From Octopus sinensis (taxonomy: Eukaryota), in the NCBI RefSeq assembly GCF_006345805.1, contig NW_021834485.1, positions 1 to 64,000 of the forward strand: DNA of 64,000 nucleotides. The letters are read 5' to 3'. The translations under genes were made by a program, and so were the position numbers. The notes under the pieces are model-generated. The model had not been told where the DNA came from, searched no databases, and saw nothing but the letters and a program-made list of their open reading frames with translations. Shown piece after piece: positions 13,555-26,477 of the stretch (positions are counted from its first letter, which is position 1; each line of letters opens with the position of its first letter).

Positions 13555-14371
13555 ATGCAAAATGAAACATCGATTAATATGTTATAATAAATTAAGCATC
13601 CATGTAATTCTAATGCTTTATTAAACTTTATGGGATGTTGAAAGTAATTTCAACTGGGGGTTAGAAAACTTAGTCAGTGGAGAGTTTGAAGTTTCAATAT
13701 AAGATAGATTCTACCCGACGGCCAAGGTTTCCCCATTCTTGCAATACAGGGGCACTTAAGTTGTTAGAATTAGAAGCTAAAGAGTCCTTCAGACTCGTTT
13801 TCCTGTCTTAGGAAATAGAGGTTACAGAAAAGAGAGTCGTCGCAGCTACACTATTTTTGAATATTCACACGGTTTGTTTTTGCTTCAGATTTTCCCTGAT
13901 CAAATGAGTTCCATCCATGGCTGTCCCATCTTTTTGAATAGCTTGGTGTATATTGTTCCATGTGCTAGTTATCTTCGTGTGTGTTCTTGCTCTGCCTATT
14001 CCATTCTGTTCTTCTACAATGTGCATCCCTATATGCGCATGCCTCTGTGTTTGTGTGTGTGTACATGTGTGTTTACATGTGCGTGTATGTGCGTGCGCGT
14101 GCGTGTGCCGTTTTTCTTAGTAGCGCTATGACCCTCCCCTCAGCCCCGTCTCCTACCCCGTTGTCGCAGCTGCTGCTCTTGAACCTGAAATTTTTGTACC
14201 GTTCTTGTAACTCTGTGTTTGTGTGTTTACCACGCTGCCGCTATCATGGCACACAAGAAGACGGAAAGTGTCGCTGAAGAGGTCACAGATGTGCGACGAA
14301 AAAAATGATCCTCCCGAAATACAACAAGATATATATATATATACGCGCGCGTATGTATGTGTGTATACTGT

Positions 14372-14612
14372 GGAGGCACAATGCTTAGGGGTTAGAGTAT
14401 TGGTCCCATGATCGTAAATTTGTGGTTTCGATTCCTGGACCGGGCAACGCGTTGTGTTCTTCAGCAAAACACATCATTTCATGTTGCTCCAGTCCACTCA
14501 GCTGGCAAAAGTGAGTAATTCTGTGACGGTCTAGCGTCCCATCCAGGTGGGGAATATATACGCCATGAAACCGGGAAACCGGGCCCCTGTGAGTCTGGCA
14601 TGGCTCGAAAAG
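14372..14612 (+). mobile_element. SINE family D
   Basis: tRNA-like head ending ggtttcgattcctgg, then ttgtgttcttcagcaaaacacatcatttcatgttgctccagtcc, shared with 51912. Confidence 0.75.
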
Positions 14613-15369
14613 GAAAACATTTTTTGTTATATACATACTTGTATATATAAATCATACTTTTACACAGTTTCAGCGAACCAAATTTACTCAAAAGGCATTG
14701 GTTGGTCTGGACATATGTACAAGAAACTCGCCGAAGATCTCACTCGGTTGGACTGAACCGGAAACCATGTTGTTAGCGAAGCGAGTTACTTAATTTTAAC
14801 CATCCGCCGTAGAGTTTTTAGTGACGATTAACCATAAGCGAATCAGCAATACGGTTTCGATTCCCAGATATAGCTAATTTCAGTTTGTCACTAATACACT
14901 TTTTCGGGAAATCAAGAAGCGCCCCATCCACGACCCTATCTATCAATCAAGGCTTAGTAAGCTTGATAGTGACTGGTTCCCCTTCTCTATATTTCTTATA
15001 ATAAACCTTCATTATTTTATTATTTTTCTTCTTCATGTTTTCTTCATTTTCTTGTTATTTTCTTATTTTCTCTTCGTTACCTTCTTTTATCAGATCTTTC
15101 TTTCTTTCTTTTTTTTCTTTTCTTTTTTTTTTTTTTTTTTTTTGATGGTCACTGTCTGACACAGGTCAGTCTCTGGAAGTTAATCCCATCGAAACAAATT
15201 AGCTTTATTCGTGTTTGTTCTCTGGATGTTGTTTTGTCGATGCTGCTGCTGCTGCAGTTTAAGGTTCAGGTAAGCCGTGAGATTGGGCAGACTTATTGAT
15301 CAAAGACCACGTTCCCGCATTGACAAATTGACCATCCCAATTTTTTTGTTTGCTTGTTTTTGTTACACA

Positions 15370-15408
15370 CACACACACAAATACATATATATATATATAT
15401 AATATATA

Positions 15409-15457
<49 letters not shown>

Positions 15458-15464
15458 ATAATAT

Positions 15465-15548
<84 letters not shown>

Positions 15549-15555
15549 TATTATA

Positions 15556-15620
<65 letters not shown>

Positions 15621-15625
15621 AATAT
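15370..15625. repeat. Long (TA)n tract
   Basis: Directly visible. Confidence 0.95.
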
Positions 15626-16768
15626 ATACACACATACACACATATATAGATGCATATACACATACATATACACACAGACGTATATATTGACTTTATCCGA
15701 CATCTTGTATATCAGACAGCATTAATCTAACGTATATGTCCATCCGCTTATTTTCTAAGACGTTTTGGGTGACATTTGAGGGAGATTTGATCACTATTTC
15801 TAACAGAATGGACGGCCCGGTGGAAGGTCTTTGATTAGGTAATAGATGGGTCGGTCTGTTGACTGGTTGATCGATAACAAAGTTGGATGGTTGGACGGTT
15901 GGTGAGTGAGCTACTGCATACATACATACATACCTACATAGATACACACACATACATGCACACATATATATATATACATCTGTATGTGCGTATAGAAGAG
16001 GGAAAGCGTGTGAGAGAGAGCTGGTATTAAGGTCCGAGAAACGATGATGTTACTGCAAAGCCTTCTGTTATAAATCGACTCAAACGTTTACACTAATAAT
16101 ACCGGAGATGTCAGATTTAAGAGACACAAATACTCCAGAAAATCGTCTTAGTGAAGCTGCCTTTTTGGTATAGCATGGTGAAGAGGGATGGTGGGAGGTA
16201 TGGTGGTGGAATGGTGGTGGAATGGTAGTGGAATGGTGGTGGTGCAGTGATGTGGATTTGGTTACTGAAATTGTGAATACGTGTGTCGTATGTGTGTGTG
16301 TAGGTGTGTGTGTGTGAATGTGTAAGTGTGCGTAAACAATGTTGCTGTGGTGGTGGTGATGGTGGTGGTGGAGGCGGCGACGGCGGTGGTGCTGACAGCG
16401 GAGGTGGCCGTGGCTGGAAATAAAATGTTAGAAAGAAGAGTGAGTATTACAAACGGAGAAATAGCGAGGGAAATGCGATACCGAATGAAGGGCGCGTGTG
16501 TTTGTACACACACACACACACATATATACACATATGTTTACATACGTGTGTGTGAACACGTGTGTGTGTGTGAGAGAGAGAGAGCTTATTTATGTATATG
16601 TATGTATGTATTATGTATGTGTGTGTATATATGCACATATATGCAGATACCCACACACGAATGCATACAAGTATACAAGGTGCGTAATGTATATGAGTAC
16701 ATACCTTTTTGGGGACATTGCTGCATGTTTTGCTAACTCTGTATAATCTTTGTTTCAAGAAAATAATA

Positions 16769-16924
16769 ATGGCAGACCCTCAGCTTACTCAAGAAATGAA
16801 TAGGCATGTTGTTATTGTGGTTATAAAAGCTGAGCATAGCGATGTAGAAATATCTCGATTTTTAAAAGTTGCCAGATCTTTCGCCCATAAAGTTTGTAAG
16901 GGGCTAGAGACTGAAAGTGGAAAC
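16769..16924 (+). pseudogene. N-terminal fragment of a Tc1/mariner-superfamily transposase
   Basis: MADPQLTQEMNRHVVIVVIKAEHSDVEISRFLKVARSFAHKVCKGLE resembles the paired-like HTH start of ITm transposases; truncated at a (TA/TG) tract. Confidence 0.5.
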
Positions 16925-17220
16925 GGAGATATTGTCATTCACACATATTTATATCAGTGTATTTACGTGTGTGGGGGGGGGGTTGCGCGTGTGAACGAGA
17001 GTGACCACAGTGGGAATGAGTACTCAATATCACCTTTGGCGGTTGAAATATTCTTAATTTGTGGATTGATAATGCTGCTAGAGGGTTCATGCGAAAAACC
17101 TTGCAGTTCTCAATTGCTTCAATTAAAAATGTTAACAATCCGTCTTACTGGGTAATCTTACCTTTGGTAATCTGTCTTACTGGGCTTCAAATGTCGTTTG
17201 TTTATATCGAGTGAGGGATA

Positions 17221-17282
<62 letters not shown>

Positions 17283-17593
17283 GCCTGTGGTTATATATAA
17301 GTACCCTATTTTTAAATGCCTACAACCTCAGTATGTTGACACCTATAGGCAATGAAAATGAAATTATCTACTTTCAGCCATAGCCTGAAACAGCTGTAAG
17401 AAGTGATTTTAACGATTTCATTAATTTATATTATGACTTTTATAATTTGTATTCTTATCTTATATCATATAGGTATTGAATTATAAGATATATATGTATG
17501 CTATTGATGTTCTCATTTTGTTAAATGAATAAATAATCCAACATTATAATATCCGAAAGTTGATGAACAAACAAAATTTGTTTCTCCATTTTC

Positions 17594-17682
<89 letters not shown>

Positions 17683-18349
17683 AAATGGGAGAAGAACGCA
17701 AAACATCCGGACAGCTAGATGATACAAAAAGCGACAACAAAACATCCAGATAGACGATACAAGAAAACAAGTCAAGCACCAGATTATCCTCGCAATTTCG
17801 GCTGATTATTCTTGAGATTGCTCCAATCTGGCCAGCCCCAAGGTAAAACTAAGCTAATAGCATTAGATTCCTTGGAAGAAGCAGCGAATAAATACACAGA
17901 TAAGGGTCGGTAACCCCTGTAGGGATTTCTTCAATTCCTAGCTTTTTGCTCGGCCCTATTCATTTCCTTTTTGTAAGTGTTAGTAAAATGTCTCTCGGTT
18001 AATGTGTCGAATACAGTTCAATTGCACTAAACAGATGCCTTCAGAATTACGCTTATACATATATATATAATTTTTAACAGGAAATACATTAAAGTTATCT
18101 ATACCAGTCTACCCAACATAAAGTCGATTATAATTAACACAGCATTAACAATAGCATTAGAAACAAAGACACAGCCTCACACAGTTGCTGTAACTGTAGA
18201 TTCTCCAATAACTGTCCCCTAACAGTATAATCACATGTAGCCATATACAAAATGGAGACGGTTTGCCAACATTTTAAAGTGGAACAATTGAAAATCCGAA
18301 CTTTTTCACATGAATGTATTGATAAAACTGTTAATCCATAAAAAGTATA

Positions 18350-18385
<36 letters not shown>

Positions 18386-18496
18386 TGTATGTACAAATGT
18401 ATGTATGTATATATGTATGTATGTTTATATATATGCATGTATATATATGTATGTACATATATAAATATAATCGCACGTATATATAATATATATATA

Positions 18497-19175
18497 TGAC
18501 TTAGTGGTTCACCAAACGAGATCGATAAAATTACCTAGCCTTTCCCCAAACGAGATCGATAAAATGAACTAGCGGTTCAACAAACGAGATCAATAAAATG
18601 ACGTAGCGGTTCGGTAAACGGATTCGATAAAATTATTTAGCAGGTCGCCAAACGAGATCGATAAAATGACTTAGCGGTTTGCCAAACGTGATCGATAAAA
18701 TGACGTAGCAGTTCGCCAAACGAGATGGATTAAATGACGTAGCGGTTCGCCAAAGGGGTTTGATAAAATGACCTAACGGCTCGCCAATCGAGATCGATAA
18801 AATGACGTGGCGGTTCACCAAACGAGATCGATAAAACGACGTAGCGGTTTAACAAACAAGATCAATAAAATGATTTAGCAGTTCGACAAACGAGATCGAT
18901 AAAATGACGTAGCGGTTCGCCAAACGAGATAAAATGACGCAGCAGTTCGACAAATGAGATCAATAAAATGACGTAGCGGATCGACAAGCGACAACGATAA
19001 AATGACCTAGCGGTTCGCCAAACATGATCGATAAAATGACGTAGCAGTTCACCAAACGAAATCGATAAAATGACATAGCGGTTCGACATACGAGATCGGT
19101 AAAATGATTTAGAGGTTCACCAAACGAGATCAATAAAATGACATAGCGGTTCGACAAACAAGATCCATAAATTGA
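18497..19175 (+). repeat. 34-bp minisatellite, about 20 copies
   Basis: Unit tgacgtagcggttcgccaaacgagatcgataaaa; aaacgagatcgat recurs at 18514 and 18548. Confidence 0.95.
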
Positions 19176-19194
19176 CTGTGTTTCAGCAAACGAT

Positions 19195-21507
19195 GGGAAG
19201 TTCCGAGGAGGTTTGCTGAAAGTTTGGTCGAAAACAGCCAGGGCAGTTGCAGGGATTTTCTAACTTCCCTGAAATTTGGTCGAAAACTTCCTGGGAAGTT
19301 CCAAGGTTTTTCTAAGTTCCGGGAAGTTTGGTCGAAAAATTCATGGGAATTTCCGATTAATTTCTAACTTCCCGGAAGTTTGGTCGAAAATTGCCTGAGA
19401 AGTTCGTAAGATTGTCTAACTTCCGGGAACCTTGGACAAATAATTCCTGGGAAGTTCCGAGGATTTTCTATCTTCCGGGGAAATTTCTTTGAAAAATTCC
19501 GAGGATCTCATGGAAAGTTCCGAGGATACCCCCAACTTCCTGAAAAATTGGTCGGAAACTTCCGGGAAAGTACCGAGAAATCCATGGAAAGTTCATGGGA
19601 TTCTCCAACTTCCTGGGAAATTGGTCGAAAACTTCATGGAAAGTTCCGATGATTTCATAGAATGTTCCGGGTATTCCCCCAACTTCCTGGATAGTTCCGA
19701 ACAATTTTTCCAGGAAGTTGGGGGAATACCCGAACGTTCATGGAATCCTCCAGGAAGTTTCCGAACATTTCCCAGGAAGTTTGGAGAATCCTCGAAACTT
19801 TCCGTGAGTACCTGGAACTTACTAGGAATTTTCCAAACAATTTTCCAGGAAGTTTGGAGAATCCTCGAAACTTTCCGTGAAGTACCTGGAACTTACTGGG
19901 AATTTTCCAAACAATTTTCCAGGAAGTTAGGGGGAATCCTCGGAATTTTCCAGAATGTCTCAGTCCAATTCTCAAGGAATTTGGCGTTCCCAGAACTTTC
20001 CATGAAATCCTCGGAACTTTCCAGGAAGTTTCCGATCGATTTTCCAGGAAGTTGGGGAATCCTGGGACCTTTCCATAAAATCCTAGGAACTTTCTAGGAA
20101 GATTCCGACCAATTTCCAGGAAGATTCACGCCAATTTTCCAGGAAGTTAGGGAATCCCCGTAACTGTCCAAGTTTGGCATCGATTTTCTAGGAAGTTGGG
20201 GCATCCCCGGAACTTTCCATATAGCCTGGGAACTTCCAGGAAGAATCCCACCTAGGAATTTGGGGGGAAATCCCCGGAACATTCCAGGAAGTTTCCGATC
20301 GATTTTCCAGGAAGTTGGGGAATCCTCGGACCTTTCCATGAAAACCTAGGAACTTTCCAGGAAGAATGCGACCAATATCCCTGGAATTTGGGGAATCCAC
20401 GGAACTTTCCATGAAATCCTCGGAACTTTCCAGGAAGTTTTCGATCGAGTTTCCTGGAACTTCCAAAAAACTTTCGCTAAATATCGGAACTTATCCAGAA
20501 AGAATCCGACCAATTTTCCAGGAAGTTGGGGAGATATCCGGAACTTTCCTTGAAATCCTTGGAACTTTCCAGGAAGTTTCCGATCTATTTTCCAGGAATT
20601 TCGGGAATCCCCGGAACTTTCCATGAAGATTTCGATGCATATTCCAGGAAGTTTGGGGAATCCTTAGAAATTTCCGTAAAATTGGTGAATCCACGGAACT
20701 TCCCTTGAGGTTTGGGACCGATTTACCCGGAACTTTCCATGAAATCCTCGGAACTTTCCATGGAGTTTCCTACCAATTTTCCAGGAAGTTAGTGGAATCT
20801 CCGTAACTTTCCAGTAATTTTCGGTCGATTTTCCAGGAAGTTGGGGGAATCCCCGGAACTTTCCGTGTAGTTTCCAAACAATTTTCCAGGAAGTTGGGGA
20901 ATCCTGGGATATTTCCATGAAATCCTCGGAACTTTCCTATCTAATTTCCAGGACATTGGAGAATCTCTAGAACTTCCCAGGAAGTTTCCGACCGATTTCC
21001 CCGGAAGTTGTGGAATCCTCGGAACTTTCCATGAAATCCTCAGAACTTTCCAGGAAGTTGGAGAATCCCCGGAATTCCATAAAATCCCAGGAATTTTCCT
21101 CCAATTTCACAGGAAGTTGGGGTCCTCGGAACTTTCTAGGAAGTTTCCGATCAATTTTCCATGATGTTAGGGTAATACCCGGAACTTTCCACGAAATCCT
21201 CGGAACTTCCCTGGTAGTTGGGGAATTCTCGGAATTTTCCATGAAATCCTCGGATTTTAGGAAGTTTCCTACCAAAACTCCAGGAAGTTGGGTGAATTCC
21301 CGGGACTCTCCATGACTCTCGAGGAAGTTTCCGACCTATTTTACAGGAAGTTGGTGGAATCTCCGGAACTTACCATGCAATCCTCGGACGTTTTCGACCA
21401 ATATTCCAGGAAGTTGGGTATCCCCGGACTTTCCATGAATTCCTCGGAACTTTCCAGGAAATTTCCGCCCAATTTTCCCGGAAGTTGGGGGATCTGCGGA
21501 ACTTTAC
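19195..21507. repeat. ~73-bp satellite built of GGAA/TTCC subunits, with an orientation switch near 19700
   Basis: Equivalent positions 19993/20066 and 20329/20402 are 73 bp apart; the left part is the reverse complement of the right part. Confidence 0.9.
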
Positions 21508-21937
21508 ATGAGAATCATATATATAATATATATACACGTATATATAGTATATATATGAATCTGTGCGATTGAGTAAAAAATGGTTTAAGTGAAAAGTTAG
21601 TCTAAAATGTATACAGGAATTATTCTCTGGCTACGCGTTCGTATTTGCAACAATTTCACATTTAAAATATACCATCTGACTATTAATATAGCAAAATTAT
21701 TATCAATGGACCTGTCATATTATCAATAATAGCTACCTATTTTTCTAAGTTGATTTTAAATACCATTTTCGCAATTAATTTCGGATATACGAACACTCTA
21801 TTAAAGTATTTTACAGACAGAAAAGTCGTAAAAGTTTTATTGATATTTCGGCAGTCTTCGCAATCTTTCCGGTTTTCCTTTATCGGCCAGTCTATAATCA
21901 GCATTTATTTCTTGTGGTTCTCTATCCGTCTGTCCAC

Positions 21938-21969
<32 letters not shown>

Positions 21970-22499
21970 CACGTCACTCTTTCTCTCCCTCTCCCTCTTT
22001 CTCCCCATCTCTCTGCTTTGTTTTTCTCCGCGGTTAACAGCGATACGCGTTTTATATAAAACAGTTGTATTTTTAGAAACCCCAATTCGTATCCGGAAAA
22101 AAATAGACAGACATATATATATATATATATATATATATGCATATATTTTAATATATTTTAATGCTTATTCATAACATTTAATTCTGTGTGTCTTTTCGTC
22201 TAAGCTAACTAAAAATGCATACGCACACACAAACACACAACACACGCACGCACACACCACACACACATTGTATATATATATATATACTATATATATGCAC
22301 ATATGTACACATAGTATGCAATAGATTAAATCTATAAGTTTTAGCAAACTCCCGTGTAAACACCGTGTGTGTATATCCAGTATCATTGTAGACAGTCAAA
22401 GAGATCTCGACTAGTGTAGTTTCAATCTTTAACTTCATCACCGCCGAGAATCACCCTCATACTGTTGTTGTATATATTGTTTATCACCGTGACCACCGT

Positions 22500-22768
22500 G
22501 ACCGACCACACATCGCTGGTCACAATGCACTTCGCCTTGTTTTAACTTTCAAATGACTCCACCCAGCTTGCTAAGCGACCAGGACAACAGAAGAAAGAGT
22601 GAGAGAAAGTTGTGGCGAAAGAGTACAGCAGGGATTGCCACCCCCCTGCCGGAGCCTCATGGAGCTTTAGGTGTTTTCGCTCAATAAACACAACGCTCGG
22701 TCTGGGAATCGAAACCACGATCCTACAACTGCGAGTCCGCTGTCCTAACCAGTGGGCCATCGCGCCTC
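22500..22768 (-). mobile_element. SINE family C (tRNA-derived)
   Basis: Head ggaggcgcgatggcccactggttagg...ggtttcgattcccagacc; homologous copy at 34490-34685. Confidence 0.8.
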
Positions 22769-22947
22769 CACATATTGTTTATACACACCCTTAAATAAAC
22801 TGAATCTTTCTGCTTACAGTCGAACCGGCAGGAAACTCAATTGATGACTAAAATTGTCGATGCCTTTGTTGTGTCAAGTTTCAATGCTGTACTTGCTACG
22901 AAATACATCTATAGATATCTAACCAGCACACCACTGCACACTCACAC

Positions 22948-22988
<41 letters not shown>

Positions 22989-23314
22989 GCACACACACAC
23001 ACATACACACACATACACACACATACACACGCACGCACACACACATATATATATATATATATTATTAAATGACACTTTGGCTCAGCTCCGTACCGCTTAA
23101 TTTTTTGCTGGATCGTAGGACGAACCCATCTCGTCAGGCATGCAGAGAAGATATTAAAAGAGGCTCACAGGTCCATCATAGGAGATGACGAAACTTTGGG
23201 TTGTATAGAACTGAGTCAAACTGTCATTAAATAATATATGTTACTACTACCAATACTGTTGGGTACCACTTTCTTTCGTATGTGTGTGTGTGCGCGCGTG
23301 CGTGCTTAGAGAGG

Positions 23315-23353
<39 letters not shown>

Positions 23354-23674
23354 GAGAGAGAGAGAGGAGAGAGAGAATCAAGCAGACAAGCGAATAGGCG
23401 CATTCATCATGTTTGTATATACAATATCAACGTGAACAAAAGTGGGTTCGCACGAACGAATGCCAATTCTACGCTGAGATTTCTCCTCTTTTTGATTACC
23501 TATTTTCACTATCCATGAAGAAACTGCTTTAAAAACGCCACCATTACTGAGAGCATATTGAAACTGGATATTCCAATTTGCATATATAACGCATTCTTCT
23601 ATATAAAAAAAAACAGACAAGCTTTTACATCTGTGTACACATGTAATGCTGCTTCAAAAAACAAAAAAATATGC

Positions 23675-23834
23675 TATAGTCGAGCAAATCGACCCCCAGG
23701 ACTTATTCTTTGTAAGCCTAGTACTGATTCTATCGGTCTCTTGCCGAACCGCTACGTTACGGGGACGTAAACGCACCAGTATCGGTTGTCAAGCGATGTT
23801 GGGGCGGGGAACAAACACAGACACACAAACGTAT

Positions 23835-23865
<31 letters not shown>

Positions 23866-23985
23866 CGACGTACTTCTTTCAGTTTCCATCTGCCAAATCC
23901 ATTCACAAGGCTTTGGTCGGCCCGAAGCTATAGTAGAAGACACCTGCCCAAGGTGCCACGCAGTGGGACTGAACCCAGAACCATC
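23675..23985 (-). mobile_element. SINE family B, 5'-truncated
   Basis: Homology to 24118-24526. Confidence 0.8.
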
Positions 23986-24117
23986 TTTAGCATTCGGCTG
24001 AAGCATTGTAAAGACAGAAGTAATCTATTAATTTGTAGTGACTCCCAGCATTGGTGAAGGGTTTAAGAACCAAATGGAAACGGTAAGTTTCGATTGATAT
24101 TTAAATTTATCCCAGTA

Positions 24118-24526
24118 GGCGTAGGAGTGGCTGTGTGGTAAGTAGCTTGCTTACCAACCACATGGTTCAGGGTTCAGTCCCACTGCGTGGCACCTTGGGC
24201 AGGTGTCTTCTACTATAGCCTCGGGCCGACCAAAGCCTTGTGAGTGGATTTGACAAATGGAAACTGAAAGAAGCCCCTCGTATATATGTGTGTGTGTGTG
24301 TGTGTATACGTTTATGTGTCTGTGTGTGTGTCCCGCCCCAACATCGCTTGACAACCGATACTGGTGCGTTTACGTCCCCGTAACGTAGCGGTTCGGCAAG
24401 AGACCGATATAATCAGTACTAGGCTTACAAAGAATAAGTCCTGGGGGTCGATTTGCTCGACTAGAGGCGGTGCTCCAACATCGCCACAGTCAAATGACTG
24501 AAACAAGTAAAAGAGTAAAAGAGTAA
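24118..24526 (+). mobile_element. SINE family B, full length
   Basis: Head, internal (TG)n and tail aagagtaaaagagt all present. Confidence 0.85.
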
Positions 24527-24534
24527 GAATGTGT

Positions 24535-24573
<39 letters not shown>

Positions 24574-24721
24574 AACATAATAATCTATCAGTGTTTTAAT
24601 CTGTGCATACGAAGCGTTTATGATCTCCCTTGTTTTTACCCATATATGGACATATTTACATCTCCCGTCACTCTTTTCCTCGCACTCTTCCTCTTATCCC
24701 TTGGAGATATACACTTTTATT

Positions 24722-24963
24722 CTTTTATTCCTCTACTTGTTTCAGTCATTTGACAGCGGCCATGCTGTAGCACCGCCTTTAGTCGAACAAATCGACCCCG
24801 GTACTTATTCTTTGTAAGCCTAATACATATTCAATCGGTCTCTTTTGCCGAACCGCTAAGTTACGGGGACGTAAACACACCAGTATCGGTTGTCAAGCGA
24901 CGTTGTGGGGACAAACAGACACACGCACACACACACACAGACACACACACACATATATATATG

Positions 24964-25018
<55 letters not shown>

Positions 25019-25105
25019 GGCTTCTTTCAGTTTCCGTCTACCAAATCTACCCACAAGGCTTAGTCGGGCCCATGTGCAACACAGTGGGACTGAACCCGGA
25101 ACCAT
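24722..25105 (-). mobile_element. SINE family B
   Basis: Inverted homologue of 24118-24526. Confidence 0.8.
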
Positions 25106-25310
25106 CTTCATCTCCGTTCTCTGCTTACTTGGATTCCTCTTTATAGACACTATTTCCTGGGACTTAGTCCTCGTAAGGAATCATTTGAGCGATACTTCTT
25201 CCTACATTGAACATTTCTGGATCTCATCTGATTGACTCTCTCTCGCTCTCTCATATATTATGGTAGTTATAATATATAGTACCACACATATATATATATA
25301 TATATATAAT

Positions 25311-25363
<53 letters not shown>

Positions 25364-25899
25364 CATACACTTATATGTACGTGTGTGTGTGTGTGTGCAT
25401 GTGGTGTGTGCGGTGTATGTTGTGTATCTATCAATTGGTATCTGAGAAGTGTAGGGATTAAAAAGTAACAATAAAAAAATGTAGACAGAAGTTGGAGCCA
25501 ATAACGACTTAATGTTGACCAAATACTCTCAACCCACCCACCAACCCACCAACTCACTTACAACTACAACAGCAACCACAACACTCACCCCACCCCATCT
25601 ACATCACAACAAAAAACAAAAAAGCATATTCTGCCATCATCTTGCTATGTCGAGTATTTGATCCCTAGACGTGCCTGTGACGGCCATGTTGAACTGTTGG
25701 CCTGTAAGCCAAGGCAGTCAAGCTGTTTATGGCGAATATTCTGATAATATGACATCAAATAACGGATTGAGAATGTGAGCTGAGCTTTGCATTAGGGTTT
25801 AGCGTAATCGCTGTTAGCTGACATTTGTCTGATGTCCATTGATGCCGATATGTATGTTTGTGTGTGTGTCTCTTTGTAGGTTTTTGTGTGAGCTTGTGT

Positions 25900-25959
<60 letters not shown>

Positions 25960-25991
25960 GTGCATGTGTGTGTCTACATTTAGATAGATAT

Positions 25992-26056
<65 letters not shown>

Positions 26057-26144
26057 CAGATAGATAGACTGACAGGCAGGCAAGCAGAGAGACAGATAGA
26101 TAAATAGATAGATAGATATGCATATATATATATATATATATAAA

Positions 26145-26356
26145 TGTGACCGCGTGTGTACCGTTGGCGATTTTTTTTTTCCTCCGTCTTCCCTTCTCTG
26201 GATCTTTCCTTCTCCTATGTTTCCGACGAAGAGCTCCGCTCGAAACGTTAAACCCTCCTTCTTCCCTTCCTTCCTGAGCGTCCAATAATACTATATTTGT
26301 TCCACGTCCTCGCGTTGTTGTGTTTTCTCTTTGTGTTTCCATGTTTGGATTAACTT

Positions 26357-26360
<4 letters not shown>
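26145..26360 (+). mobile_element. PLE-type terminal fragment flanked by (TA)n
   Basis: Near-identical (inverted) to 30-255; carries the hammerhead motif. Confidence 0.7.
26219..26253 (+). ncRNA. Minimal hammerhead ribozyme motif (CCGACGA core)
   Basis: GTTT-CCGACGA-A-GAGC(tcc)GCTC-GAAACGTT-AAAC. Confidence 0.65.
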
Positions 26361-26387
<27 letters not shown>

Positions 26388-26477
26388 TTATTTTATAGAA
26401 GGAGCTTCTACAGGACTAGTACTGTTTCAATCAAATGAAATCATCAGGAAGCTCTTAGATATATATATATATATATA

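Noticed and set aside
15165-15269. Possible 105-nt exon ending CAG|GTAAGC
   Set aside because: The acceptor is ambiguous (it also reads as a donor), the peptide is unrecognisable, and it adjoins an old repeat fragment.
18497-19175. CRISPR-like appearance of the 34-bp repeats
   Set aside because: Units are contiguous with no unique spacers, no cas genes, and a eukaryotic context.
19468-21572. Many 60-200 aa ORFs in the GGAA/TTCC region
   Set aside because: They occur in several frames on both strands of a 73-bp (non-triplet) satellite, so they are artefacts.
22690-22768. tRNA gene
   Set aside because: The tRNA-like A/B boxes continue into a SINE body, the acceptor stem is not closed, and there are multiple diverged copies. 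The same applies to the heads of SINE A, B and D.
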